The notes beneath the pieces were generated by a model. It was not told the DNA's origin and made no database searches. It was given only the letters and a program-made list of their open reading frames with translations. From the NCBI GenBank assembly GCA_964491485.1, contig CAZBGV010000003.1:4878-68877 (forward strand): a stretch of DNA of 64,000 bases. The letters are read 5' to 3'. A program made the translations under genes and the position numbers. The DNA is from an uncultured Woeseiaceae bacterium. GTDB lineage: Bacteria; Pseudomonadota; Gammaproteobacteria; Steroidobacterales; Woeseiaceae. Below, one piece after another: positions 56,373 through 64,000 of this stretch (position 1 is its first letter; the number at the start of each line of letters is the position of its first letter).

Positions 56373-57325
56373 TGGCCAACGTCAAGACGATCCTGGTCGA
56401 CGTCGAGCTCCGTGAGGGAGAGCATCCCGAGCTCATGCGCGCCGGGGAGCTCGCGGCGGCGTCCGGCGCGCGCGTGTTTCTCCTGCTCTCGGCTTTCGAC
56501 TCGTCGCTTGCCGGCGGCCGCCTCCCGGACGCGCGGCGCGTCGGGGCGCTGCGCGAGCGCTGGCTCGCGGAGCTTGCGACCTGGCTGGCCGGGCAGGCAC
56601 GGGTGCTCGAAGCCGTGGGTATCGACACCGAAAGCGCGGTCGCCTGGCATTCGCCGCGCTACGACGCGGTGCTGGCGCGCGCCGCGGAGCTCGAGGCCGA
56701 CGTGATCGTGCGCGCCGCGCACCGCGAAACGGCCGTCGGCCGTTTCCTGTTCGGCGCCGCGGACTGGGAGCTGGTGCGCCGCGCTCCGCAACCGGTCTGG
56801 ATCGTGCGCCGCGGGAAGGGCCTTCGCGAGCGGGGAGCCCGCGTGCTCGCGGCAGTGGACCCCGCGCATCCCGGCGAGCAGAAGGCCGGCCTCGACCGGC
56901 GCCTGTTGAGCGCCGGGCAGCGCATCGTGAATCTTTTCGGCGGCGAGCTGCACATCTTCCACGCCTATCGTCCGGCGACCGCCGTGGCCCCGGTCGCGGC
57001 GACCGGACACCAGGCGGCGCTGCCGGCGCTCGCGGTCGGTCCCGAGATCATCGAGGAGCTGCGCGCCCTGCGCCGGGCGGAGCTCTGCGCGCTCGCGAAG
57101 CCCTTCGGAGTACCCGAGGACCGCATCCACCTGGTGGCGGGCGAAACGAAAAGCGCGCTCCTCGAGCGGGTCGACGCGCTCGGCATCGACGTGGTGCTCG
57201 CGGGAGCCGTCGCGCGCGGCCGTATCGAGCGCCTGCTGATCGGCAGCACGGCGGAGCGCATCCTCGATGCCGTGCCCTGCGACGTGGTCGTGCTGAAGCC
57301 GGAAGCGTTCCCGGACACCGCCTGA
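56372..57325 (+). CDS. tandem universal stress protein (UspE-like)
   Basis: 317 aa with two USP domains (ADVIVRAAH.. and DVVLAGAVARGRIERLLIGSTAE). The start overlaps the EBP stop (TGATG). Confidence 0.9.
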   Translation: MANVKTILVDVELREGEHPELMRAGELAAASGARVFLLLSAFDSSLAGGRLPDARRVGALRERWLAELATWLAGQARVLEAVGIDTESAVAWHSPRYDAVLARAAELEADVIVRAAHRETAVGRFLFGAADWELVRRAPQPVWIVRRGKGLRERGARVLAAVDPAHPGEQKAGLDRRLLSAGQRIVNLFGGELHIFHAYRPATAVAPVAATGHQAALPALAVGPEIIEELRALRRAELCALAKPFGVPEDRIHLVAGETKSALLERVDALGIDVVLAGAVARGRIERLLIGSTAERILDAVPCDVVVLKPEAFPDTA

Positions 57326-57354
57326 GGAGTCGCCGTCCGGCGGCGCGGGCGGCG

Positions 57355-57852
57355 TCAGCCGTGGTCGGGGAAATCGATCTTTGCGTGCCGGCCCTGGTCC
57401 TCGTCGAGGGTGTTCCCGGTGGCGAGCGCCCTGGCCGCGTCGAACATGAAGCGCACCGCTTCGACGCCGGAGCGGTCCCAGTATTCGGCGTAAGTCGGCA
57501 CGACCTCGAGCAGGATCAGCGTCGGGTCGTTGCGCCCTTTCGGGAACCAGAGCTCCTGGACCTCGTTCCACAGCGCGTTGATGCGCTCCGGATCGCGCGT
57601 GGCGCGGACCGTGCCGGAGATCGAGAGGAACGTGGAGCGGCCCTGCATGGCGAGGTTGACGAACGGCTCGTCGGTGATCTCCTCGAGCTTGCCGCTGTCC
57701 ACGCTCGTGATGAACCAGACGTGGCCGTCTTCGGTCGCATCGGCGATCGCCATCGGCCGCGAGCGCAGCTCCGCATCCCGGCGCGTCACGAGCATGGCAT
57801 GCTCGAAGGATTTCAGCACGTCGACGAATTCGTGCTCGCGTTGACCGTTCAT
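57355..57852 (-). CDS. pyridoxamine 5'-phosphate oxidase-like / general stress protein 26 family
   Basis: 165 aa starting MNGQREHEF, with HAMLVTR..LRSRPMA..VWFIT..YAEYWD. GGAGG lies before the ATG. Confidence 0.8.
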   Translation of the reverse strand: MNGQREHEFVDVLKSFEHAMLVTRRDAELRSRPMAIADATEDGHVWFITSVDSGKLEEITDEPFVNLAMQGRSTFLSISGTVRATRDPERINALWNEVQELWFPKGRNDPTLILLEVVPTYAEYWDRSGVEAVRFMFDAARALATGNTLDEDQGRHAKIDFPDHG

Positions 57853-57891
57853 TCGACCTCCTGTCGCACGGCGGGTACATTTTTGGCATTT

Positions 57892-57907
57892 TGCAAGCAT
57901 CGTGCCA
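57892..57907 (-). promoter_or_regulatory. sigma54 -24/-12 promoter candidate upstream of the GSP26-like gene
   Basis: The minus strand reads TGGCAC-GATGC-TTGCA, about 40 nt before ATG 57852. Confidence 0.7.
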
Positions 57908-57924
57908 CGACGGGTTGCCCGCGC

Positions 57925-57940
57925 TGGCACGCCGAATGCA
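57925..57940 (+). promoter_or_regulatory. sigma54 -24/-12 candidate upstream of the secreted Cys-containing protein gene
   Basis: TGGCAC-GCCGA-ATGCA, about 36 nt before ATG 57976. Confidence 0.5.
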
Positions 57941-57975
57941 TCGTGATGACCATTTACGGAAGGAGAGGATTGACG

Positions 57976-58380
57976 ATGAAGGCGACCTTATCCGGGCTGC
58001 TCGCTCTCGTCGTTCTCGCGGGACTCGCCGCCCCGGCGGCCGCGCAGGACGAGGAAGACGAGCGCAACATGGACGCGAGGCATTGCGTTTACATCCAGGC
58101 CATCGACGGCATCGACATCGTCGACGCGCGCACCCTGATCTTCAGGATGCGCAACGGCGACGTGTACCGGAATCGCCTGCCGCGCCAGTGTCCGGGCTTG
58201 CGCCCGCGCGTCACGCTGATGTACCGCAGCTCCGTCGGGCAGCTGTGCAGCGTCGACATCATCACCGTGCTCCAGGATCGCGGTTTCGGGTTCTTCCCGG
58301 GCGCATCCTGCGGGCTCGGGATGTTCGAGCCCATTACGAAAGACATCGCCGACGAGCTCCTGCGTTCGGGCAAGGACTGA
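57976..58380 (+). CDS. secreted 134-aa protein with four conserved-looking cysteines
   Basis: Signal peptide ending AAPAAAQ, AGGAGAGG before the ATG, and Cys at HCVYI, QCPGL, QLCSV and ASCGL. I cannot name a family with confidence. Confidence 0.6.
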   Translation: MKATLSGLLALVVLAGLAAPAAAQDEEDERNMDARHCVYIQAIDGIDIVDARTLIFRMRNGDVYRNRLPRQCPGLRPRVTLMYRSSVGQLCSVDIITVLQDRGFGFFPGASCGLGMFEPITKDIADELLRSGKD

Positions 58381-58409
58381 CGGTCGCCGCGTCGGCGGCG
58401 CCCGCGCCC

Positions 58410-58967
58410 TCAGGAGCGGGCGCCGCCTGACCCCGGTCCCGACCCGGGCTCGGACGCGTTTTCCTCCTGCCGCGCCGTCAGGCGGTCGATGTCGCCGATG
58501 TCGAGCACCGGCGAAGCGTCGATCGCCCCGGCATCGAGCAATGCGGCGACCCGCTCCAGCGCGGCGACGAGCAGCGCCTGCTCCCAGTCCTCGAGCGCCT
58601 GGAACCGCTGGCGGAAGCGGTCGTGCAGCAGGTCGGGAGAATTCGCGAGCGTGCGGCGGCCGCTTTCCGTCACTTCCACCCAGATGCGCCGCCGGTCCTC
58701 GGTATCGCGCCGCCGGCGCACCAGCCCCGCGCGCTCGAGCTTGTCGACCAGCGACGTGACCGTGGCCTGCGTCAGGCGCGCCGCGCGCGCCAGCGTGCTG
58801 GGCAGCACCTGGCCGTGGCGCGCGACGATCTGCAGCATGATGAGCTGCGAGGTCGTGAGACCGGTGCGGCTCGCGAGCAGGCGCGAATTGAGCTCGGTGG
58901 CGCGCAGGATGCGCCGGAGCGCCACCAGCGCCGTCTCGGAACGGTCCTCCGGCGTGCGGCCGCTCAT
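58410..58967 (-). CDS. ectR: MarR-family regulator divergent from the ect operon (EctR-like)
   Basis: Winged HTH (LTTSQLIMLQIVARHG..LVDKLERAGLVRRRRDTEDRR). Its position divergent from ectA matches the described EctR arrangement. Confidence 0.8.
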   Translation of the reverse strand: MSGRTPEDRSETALVALRRILRATELNSRLLASRTGLTTSQLIMLQIVARHGQVLPSTLARAARLTQATVTSLVDKLERAGLVRRRRDTEDRRRIWVEVTESGRRTLANSPDLLHDRFRQRFQALEDWEQALLVAALERVAALLDAGAIDASPVLDIGDIDRLTARQEENASEPGSGPGSGGARS

Positions 58968-59182
58968 GCCGACCCCGCGACGGTGGCCGGGCGGCGCCGA
59001 CGGCCGATAATTTGCAAATCGAAATTCATACGGGCACGTTTCCGGTACGCGCAGCCGTTGCTGCGCTATTTTTCTTCCAGAAGAGTCAGCTATTTACTCG
59101 CCATCGCGGCGAGAGCACTCGCGGTGAACGCTGCTGCGGTTTCAATCATCCGGCCAGTTGTTTAGAATGACAAACCAATTCC

Positions 59183-61093
59183 ATGGTGGTTTCCGACACA
59201 CAACAGGCCGCGCCCGCGGCGGCCGGGCACACGCTGCGCCGGCCCACGGCCGCCGACGGCGCCCGGGTGCACGACCTGGTCGCCGCCTGCCCGCCGCTCG
59301 ACCGGAACTCACTCTACTGCAACCTGCTCCAGTGCACGCACTTTGCCGACAGCTCGATCGTCGCGGAGCAGGCCGGCAGGCTGGTCGGCTGGATTTCCGG
59401 CTACCGGCTGCCCGCCGACCCGGCGACGCTCTTCGTCTGGCAGGTCGCGGTCGACGCGGCGGCACGCGGCACCGGCCTCGGGCGGCGCATGCTGCTCGCC
59501 CTGCTCGCGCGGCCGGAGCTCGCGGGAGTGCGCTGGCTCGAGACGACGGTCACGCCCGAGAACAGCGCCTCGCGCGCGCTGTTCCGCTCTCTCGCGCGCC
59601 ACACCGGGGCACCCCTCGCCGAGACGGCCGGCTTCGAGCGCGACGCGCATTTCGGCGGCCGGCACGCGAGCGAGCCGCTGTTGGTCATCGGACCCATCGA
59701 CAGCGACCACGACCTCGATCACGGCGGCGGGGGCGTTCACGCCCGGCGCTGGCCGGCCGAGCTCCCGTCACGGAGGAACGACATGCCCGAATCCAGTGAA
59801 ACCGCCGCCAGGCCGGCGCAGACGTTCGAGCACCTGGAATCGCGGGTGCAGAGCTACGCGCGCCATTTCCCCGTGTGCTTCGATCGTGCCGAGGGCTCCT
59901 GGCTCTATACCCGCGACGGCAAGCGCTACCTCGATTTCCTCATGGGCTGCTCGAGCCTGAATTACGGGCACAACCCGGCGCCGCTCAAGCAGGCGTTGCT
60001 CGATTACATCGAGCGCGACGGGATCACGCACAGCCTCGACCTGCACAGCGACGTCAAGGAACGGTTCCTGCTCGAGCTGTCGCGCACCGTGCTGGCGCCG
60101 CGCGGGCTCGATTACGTCGTGCAGTTCCCCGGGCCTACCGGCGCGAACGCCGTCGAGGCCGCGCTCAAGCTCGCGCGCAAGGTGACCGGGCGCGAGAACG
60201 TTATCGCCTTCACGAACGGCTTTCACGGCGTGACGCTCGGCGCGCTCGCCTGCACCGGCAGCGGTCACCACCGCGGGGCGGCCGGCACCGCCCTGGCCGG
60301 CGTGACGCGCATGCCTTACGACGGTTACTTCGGCGACGGCGTGGATACCGCGGCCCAGCTCGACAAGCTCCTGTCCGATGCGTCGAGCGGCGTCGACGCG
60401 CCGGCCGCCATCCTGCTCGAGACCGTGCAGGGCGAAGGCGGCCTGAACGTCGCGAGCGACGAGTGGCTGCGCGCCATCGCGGCCGTCGCGCGCCGCCACG
60501 GTGCGTTGCTCATCGTCGACGACATCCAGGCCGGTGCCGGGCGCACCGGCACCTTCTTCAGCTTCGAGCCCGCCGGCATCCGCCCGGACATCGTGACGCT
60601 CGCAAAATCCGTGTCCGGCTACGGCCTGCCGCTCGCGCTCGTGCTCATCGACCGGCGCCACGATCGCTGGCTGCCGGGCGAGCACAACGGCACGTTCCGC
60701 GGCAACTGCCATGCGTTCGTCACTGCCCGGGCGGCGCTCGAAACCTGGTGGCGCGACGGCGCGTTCGCCGACGGTATCCGTGCGCGAGGCGAGCTGCTCG
60801 GGGAGCGGCTCGACGAGATCGCGCGCGCGGCGCGCCCGCACCGGCTCGAGCCCCGGGGGCGCGGCATGATGCGCGGCCTCGCGATGCCCTCGGGCGAGAT
60901 CGCGGCGCGCGTCGTCGAGGGCGCGTTCGCGCGCGGCCTCGTCATCGAGACCAGCGGACCCGACGACGAGGTCGTGAAATGCCTCGCGGCGCTCACCATC
61001 GACGAGGCGGAGCTCCGCCGGGGGCTGGACATCCTCGCGGACGCCGTCAAGGCCGCGCTTGCCGCGGCGGACCGCGACCGCGCCGCGGCCTGA
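59183..61093 (+). CDS. ectAB: EctA (diaminobutyrate acetyltransferase) and EctB (diaminobutyrate-2-oxoglutarate transaminase) in one continuous 636-codon frame
   Basis: Residues 1 to about 172 are EctA-like (CPPLDRNSLYCNLLQCTHF). Residues 201-636 are EctB-like (VQSYARHFPV..NYGHNP..a class-III aminotransferase with the Lys in TLAKSVSGYG). An internal ATG at 59783 has GGAGG 6 nt upstream. No stop codon separates the two parts. Confidence 0.85.
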   Translation: MVVSDTQQAAPAAAGHTLRRPTAADGARVHDLVAACPPLDRNSLYCNLLQCTHFADSSIVAEQAGRLVGWISGYRLPADPATLFVWQVAVDAAARGTGLGRRMLLALLARPELAGVRWLETTVTPENSASRALFRSLARHTGAPLAETAGFERDAHFGGRHASEPLLVIGPIDSDHDLDHGGGGVHARRWPAELPSRRNDMPESSETAARPAQTFEHLESRVQSYARHFPVCFDRAEGSWLYTRDGKRYLDFLMGCSSLNYGHNPAPLKQALLDYIERDGITHSLDLHSDVKERFLLELSRTVLAPRGLDYVVQFPGPTGANAVEAALKLARKVTGRENVIAFTNGFHGVTLGALACTGSGHHRGAAGTALAGVTRMPYDGYFGDGVDTAAQLDKLLSDASSGVDAPAAILLETVQGEGGLNVASDEWLRAIAAVARRHGALLIVDDIQAGAGRTGTFFSFEPAGIRPDIVTLAKSVSGYGLPLALVLIDRRHDRWLPGEHNGTFRGNCHAFVTARAALETWWRDGAFADGIRARGELLGERLDEIARAARPHRLEPRGRGMMRGLAMPSGEIAARVVEGAFARGLVIETSGPDDEVVKCLAALTIDEAELRRGLDILADAVKAALAAADRDRAAA

Positions 61094-61114
61094 GCCAACG
61101 AGGAGCGACAAGAC

Positions 61115-61507
61115 ATGATCATCCGCGATCTGCAAACCGCGCAGCACACGCGCCGCAAGGTCGACAGCCAGGGCTGGAACAGCGTGCGGTTGCTGCTGAA
61201 GAACGACGGCATGGGTTTTTCCTTCCACATCACGACGATCTACGCCGGCGCGGAGCTGCCGATGCACTACCGGCATCATCTCGAGTCCGTCTACTGCATC
61301 GAAGGCACGGGCTCGATCGAGGACGTGGCGACGGGCGAGGTGCACGCGATCCGGCCGGGCATCCTGTATGCGCTCGACCGGAACGACCGGCACGTGCTGC
61401 GCGCGGCGACGGAACTCACCCTCGCCTGCGTGTTCAACCCGCCGCTGTCCGGGCTGGAGGTGCACGATGCGAGCGGCGCCTACCCGCTGGAGGCGGAGGC
61501 GGTATGA
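61115..61507 (+). CDS. ectC: L-ectoine synthase
   Basis: 130-aa cupin ([34 protein letters not shown]). Confidence 0.95.
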   Translation: MIIRDLQTAQHTRRKVDSQGWNSVRLLLKNDGMGFSFHITTIYAGAELPMHYRHHLESVYCIEGTGSIEDVATGEVHAIRPGILYALDRNDRHVLRAATELTLACVFNPPLSGLEVHDASGAYPLEAEAV

Positions 61508-62433
61508 CAGGGCGGGCAGACGCCTATCCCTCGCGCCAGGCCGCCGAGCCCGCCATCCTGCCGCGCCGCGACCCGGTCGTGCACGGCCGCTGGCACGCGA
61601 GCGCGCCGCTCACCCGCGAGGCAGCCCTGGCCTTCGAGCGCGATGGGTTCCTCGTGCTCGAGGGCCTCTTCGCGGCGGCCGAGGTCGACGCGCTGCGCGC
61701 CGCGGCGGAAGCCCTGCGCGCCGCGCCACCGCAGCGCCTCGAGCCGGAGACCGTGATCGCCGAGCCCGGCTCGGGTGCCGTGCGCTCCGTGTTTCGCGTG
61801 CACGCGCAGAGCCCGCTGTTCGCACGCCTTGCGCGCGATGCCCGACTGGCCGATGTGGCCCGCTTCCTGCTCGGCGACGAGGTCTACGTCCACCAGTCGC
61901 GCATGAACTACAAGCCCGGCTTCGAAGGCAGGGAGTTCTACTGGCATTCCGACTTCGAGACCTGGCATGTCGAGGATGGCATGCCGCGCATGCGCGCGCT
62001 CTCCATGACGGTGCTGCTCACCGAGAACACGCCGCACAACGGCCCGCTCATGCTCATGCCGGGGTCGCATCGGCATTTCGTGGCGTGTGTCGGCGAGACG
62101 CCGGAGGATCACTACAAGCAGTCGCTACGCAAGCAGGAATACGGCGTGCCGGACCGCGATGCGCTCACGTTCCTCGCCGAGCAGGGCGGCATCGAGGCGC
62201 CGGTCGGGCCCGCAGGCACCGTGATCCTCTTCGACTGCAACGTCATGCACGGTTCCGCCGGCAACATCACGCCGTTCCCGCGCAGCAACGTGTTCCTCGT
62301 CTACAACGCGGTCAGCAACGCCCTGGAGGCGCCATTCGGCCCGGCGAAGCCGCGGCCGGAGTTCATCGCCGCCCGGGAGTCGTTCGCGCCGCTGCGCCCT
62401 GCCGCCGGGCAGCTGCTCTCCTGCGCGGCATGA
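61504..62433 (+). CDS. ectD: ectoine hydroxylase
   Basis: ATGA overlap with ect[18 protein letters not shown] signature, 309 aa. Confidence 0.95.
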   Translation: MTGRADAYPSRQAAEPAILPRRDPVVHGRWHASAPLTREAALAFERDGFLVLEGLFAAAEVDALRAAAEALRAAPPQRLEPETVIAEPGSGAVRSVFRVHAQSPLFARLARDARLADVARFLLGDEVYVHQSRMNYKPGFEGREFYWHSDFETWHVEDGMPRMRALSMTVLLTENTPHNGPLMLMPGSHRHFVACVGETPEDHYKQSLRKQEYGVPDRDALTFLAEQGGIEAPVGPAGTVILFDCNVMHGSAGNITPFPRSNVFLVYNAVSNALEAPFGPAKPRPEFIAARESFAPLRPAAGQLLSCAA

Positions 62434-63896
62434 CGGCCGCGAGCGGACAGGAGGTTGCCGGCCACACCGTGGAGAAGATCGGCGGCACGTCGATCAGCGA
62501 CACGCGGGCGGTGCTCGACAACGTGCTGATCGGCGGGCGCGAAGGCGATGCGCTGTACCGCCGCATCTTCGTCGTCTCGGCCTACGCCGGGATCACGGAC
62601 ATGCTGCTCGAGAACAAGCGGACCGGCGAGCCGGGGGTCCATGCCCTGTTCGCCGGCTCCGAATCCGACTGGGCATGGGGCGACGCGCTCTCCGACGTCA
62701 GCGCCCGGATGCGGCAAATCAACGCCGGGATGTTCGATGAGGAAGCGGACCGGCTCATGGCCGACCGGTTCGTGCGCGAGCGCATCGAAGGCGTACGCAG
62801 CTGCCTGCTCGACCTGCACCGGCTCTGCTCCTACGGCCACTTCAACCTGAGCCTCCATCTCTCGACCGTGCGCGAGATGCTGGCGGGGCTCGGCGAAGCG
62901 CACAGCGCCCACAACACCAGCCTGCTCCTGCACCGGCAAGGCGTCAACGCGGTGTTCGTGGACCTGACCGGCTGGCGCGACGAGGCCCGGCGCACCCTGG
63001 ACGAGCGAATCGCCGCCGCGGTGCCGCAACTCGACGTGGCGGGTACGCTGCCGATCGTCACCGGCTACGCCCAGTGCGAGGAGGGCGTCATCGAGCGCTA
63101 CGGCCGCGGCTACACGGAGGTGATTTTCTCGCGCATCGCGGTGCTCACGCGGGCGCGCGAAGCCATCATCCACAAGGAGTTCCACCTTTCGAGCGCGGAT
63201 CCCCGGCTCCTCGGCACGGAGCGCGTGCGGAAGATCGAGCGAACCAGCTACGACGTGGCGGACCAGCTGTCGAACATGGGCATGGAGGCGATCCACCCGG
63301 GGGCGGCCAAGGGATTGCGCCAGGCCGGCATTCCGCTCTGCATCCGCAACACGTTCGAGCCGGAGGATCCGGGCTCGGAGATCCGCGGGGACTATGTCCC
63401 GGCGACGCCCAGGGCCGAGATCATCACCGGCATGAGGAGCGTGTTCGCGCTAGAGTTCTTCGAGCAGGACATGGTCGGCGTCAAGGGCTACGACGCGGCC
63501 ATCCTGGACGCGCTGAAGCGGCACCGGGTGCGGGTGGTCACCAAGACGTCCAACGCGAACACCATCGTGCACTACGTGGCGGGGTCGCTGAAAACGGTGC
63601 GCCAGGCGTCGGACGACTTGCGCGAAGCGTTCGCATCGTCGAGGATAACGGTACGTAAAGTCGCCATCGTCACCGCGATCGGCAGCGATCTCGACGTGCC
63701 CGGCCTGACCGCGCTCGCGGTCGGCGCGCTGGCCGACGCGGGCATCGAAGTGCTGGGCCTGCACCAGCTCATCCGCAATGTGGACATCCTGTTCATCCTG
63801 GCGGAAGAGGATTTCGAGCGGGCCGTCATTGCTTTGCACGAGGCGCTCGTCGAAGGCCGCAAGCAGGCCGCGCGGCGCTCCCGGCACGCCGCCTGA
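62430..63896 (+). CDS. ask: ectoine-cluster aspartate kinase (Ask_Ect type)
   Basis: ATGA overlap with ectD. VEKIGGTSI N-terminus and C-terminal ACT-like repeats. Confidence 0.9.
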   Translation: MTAASGQEVAGHTVEKIGGTSISDTRAVLDNVLIGGREGDALYRRIFVVSAYAGITDMLLENKRTGEPGVHALFAGSESDWAWGDALSDVSARMRQINAGMFDEEADRLMADRFVRERIEGVRSCLLDLHRLCSYGHFNLSLHLSTVREMLAGLGEAHSAHNTSLLLHRQGVNAVFVDLTGWRDEARRTLDERIAAAVPQLDVAGTLPIVTGYAQCEEGVIERYGRGYTEVIFSRIAVLTRAREAIIHKEFHLSSADPRLLGTERVRKIERTSYDVADQLSNMGMEAIHPGAAKGLRQAGIPLCIRNTFEPEDPGSEIRGDYVPATPRAEIITGMRSVFALEFFEQDMVGVKGYDAAILDALKRHRVRVVTKTSNANTIVHYVAGSLKTVRQASDDLREAFASSRITVRKVAIVTAIGSDLDVPGLTALAVGALADAGIEVLGLHQLIRNVDILFILAEEDFERAVIALHEALVEGRKQAARRSRHAA

Positions 63897-63967
63897 CATC
63901 ACCGCACCCGTATCGCCGGTCCCCTCCGGCGTTTTTCATCGACCGACACTCCACGGAGGAATCCATC

Positions 63968-64000
63968 ATGCTGACGGTCAGCGAAACCGTATTGAAGCAA
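63968..64000 (+). CDS. 5' end of an unidentified gene, truncated by the window end
   Basis: ATG (MLTVSETVLKQ..) preceded by GGAGGA with a 7-nt spacer. Confidence 0.3.
   Translation, partial: MLTVSETVLKQ

Noticed and set aside
57885-57900. TGGCAT-TTTGC-AAGCA, a second plus-strand sigma54-like match.
   Set aside because: It overlaps and partly mirrors the -12 TTGCA of the stronger minus-strand promoter. Its -12 region is poor. The better-placed plus-strand site is at 57925.

Overview
The window splits into two parts. Bases 1 to about 3100 are AT-richer (about 50 % GC by eye). They carry a two-gene restriction-modification module: a PD-(D/E)xK nuclease and a DUF1156/COG1743-type Zn-ribbon DNA methyltransferase. 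From about 3.5 kb onward the DNA is high-GC (about 68-70 % by eye) and looks like proteobacterial chromosome.

Gene content of the chromosomal part:
- Transport: DUF3311+SSS symporter, a split MacAB-like ABC efflux system, an MFS transporter, MntP.
- Redox and central metabolism: PQQ glucose dehydrogenase, HiPIP, NDH-2, a Rieske-FAD reductase with DoxX, Fe-SOD, GDH, MaeB.
- Several amidohydrolases.
- Many small stress-type genes: BON, PRC-barrel, YqjD/E/K-like, DUF1328, entericidin-like, DUF4398+OmpA, tandem-USP, GSP26/PNPOx-like, dodecin.
- Signalling: 2 histidine kinases, 3 receiver proteins, 2 sigma54 activators, 3 GGDEF proteins.
- A complete ectoine/hydroxyectoine cluster: ectR, ectA-ectB, ectC, ectD, ask.

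I saw no rRNA, tRNA, CRISPR array, transposase or integrase.

Main signals not explained by the ORF track:
1. A c-di-GMP-I (GEMM-I) riboswitch-like leader abuts the start codon of an uncharacterised membrane-protein + vWA-lipoprotein operon. GGDEF genes lie on both sides of it.
2. Thirteen sigma54 -24/-12 promoter candidates lie in intergenic DNA, correctly oriented upstream of the small stress and signalling genes. Eight are exact TGGCAC-N5-TTGC. Four loci are divergent pairs.
3. ectA and ectB lie in one uninterrupted reading frame.
4. There is a receiver-less sigma54 activator with a degenerate GAFTGA loop, a stand-alone DHp (His-phosphotransfer-like) mini-protein, and two real genes under 60 codons that the ORF track omits.

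Limits: most long ORFs in the track that overlap the called genes in other frames are high-GC shadow ORFs. I read motif coordinates by eye, so allow +-2 nt. Between about 31.5 and 33.2 kb my base count disagreed by 1 nt with the ORF track, and I followed the track.
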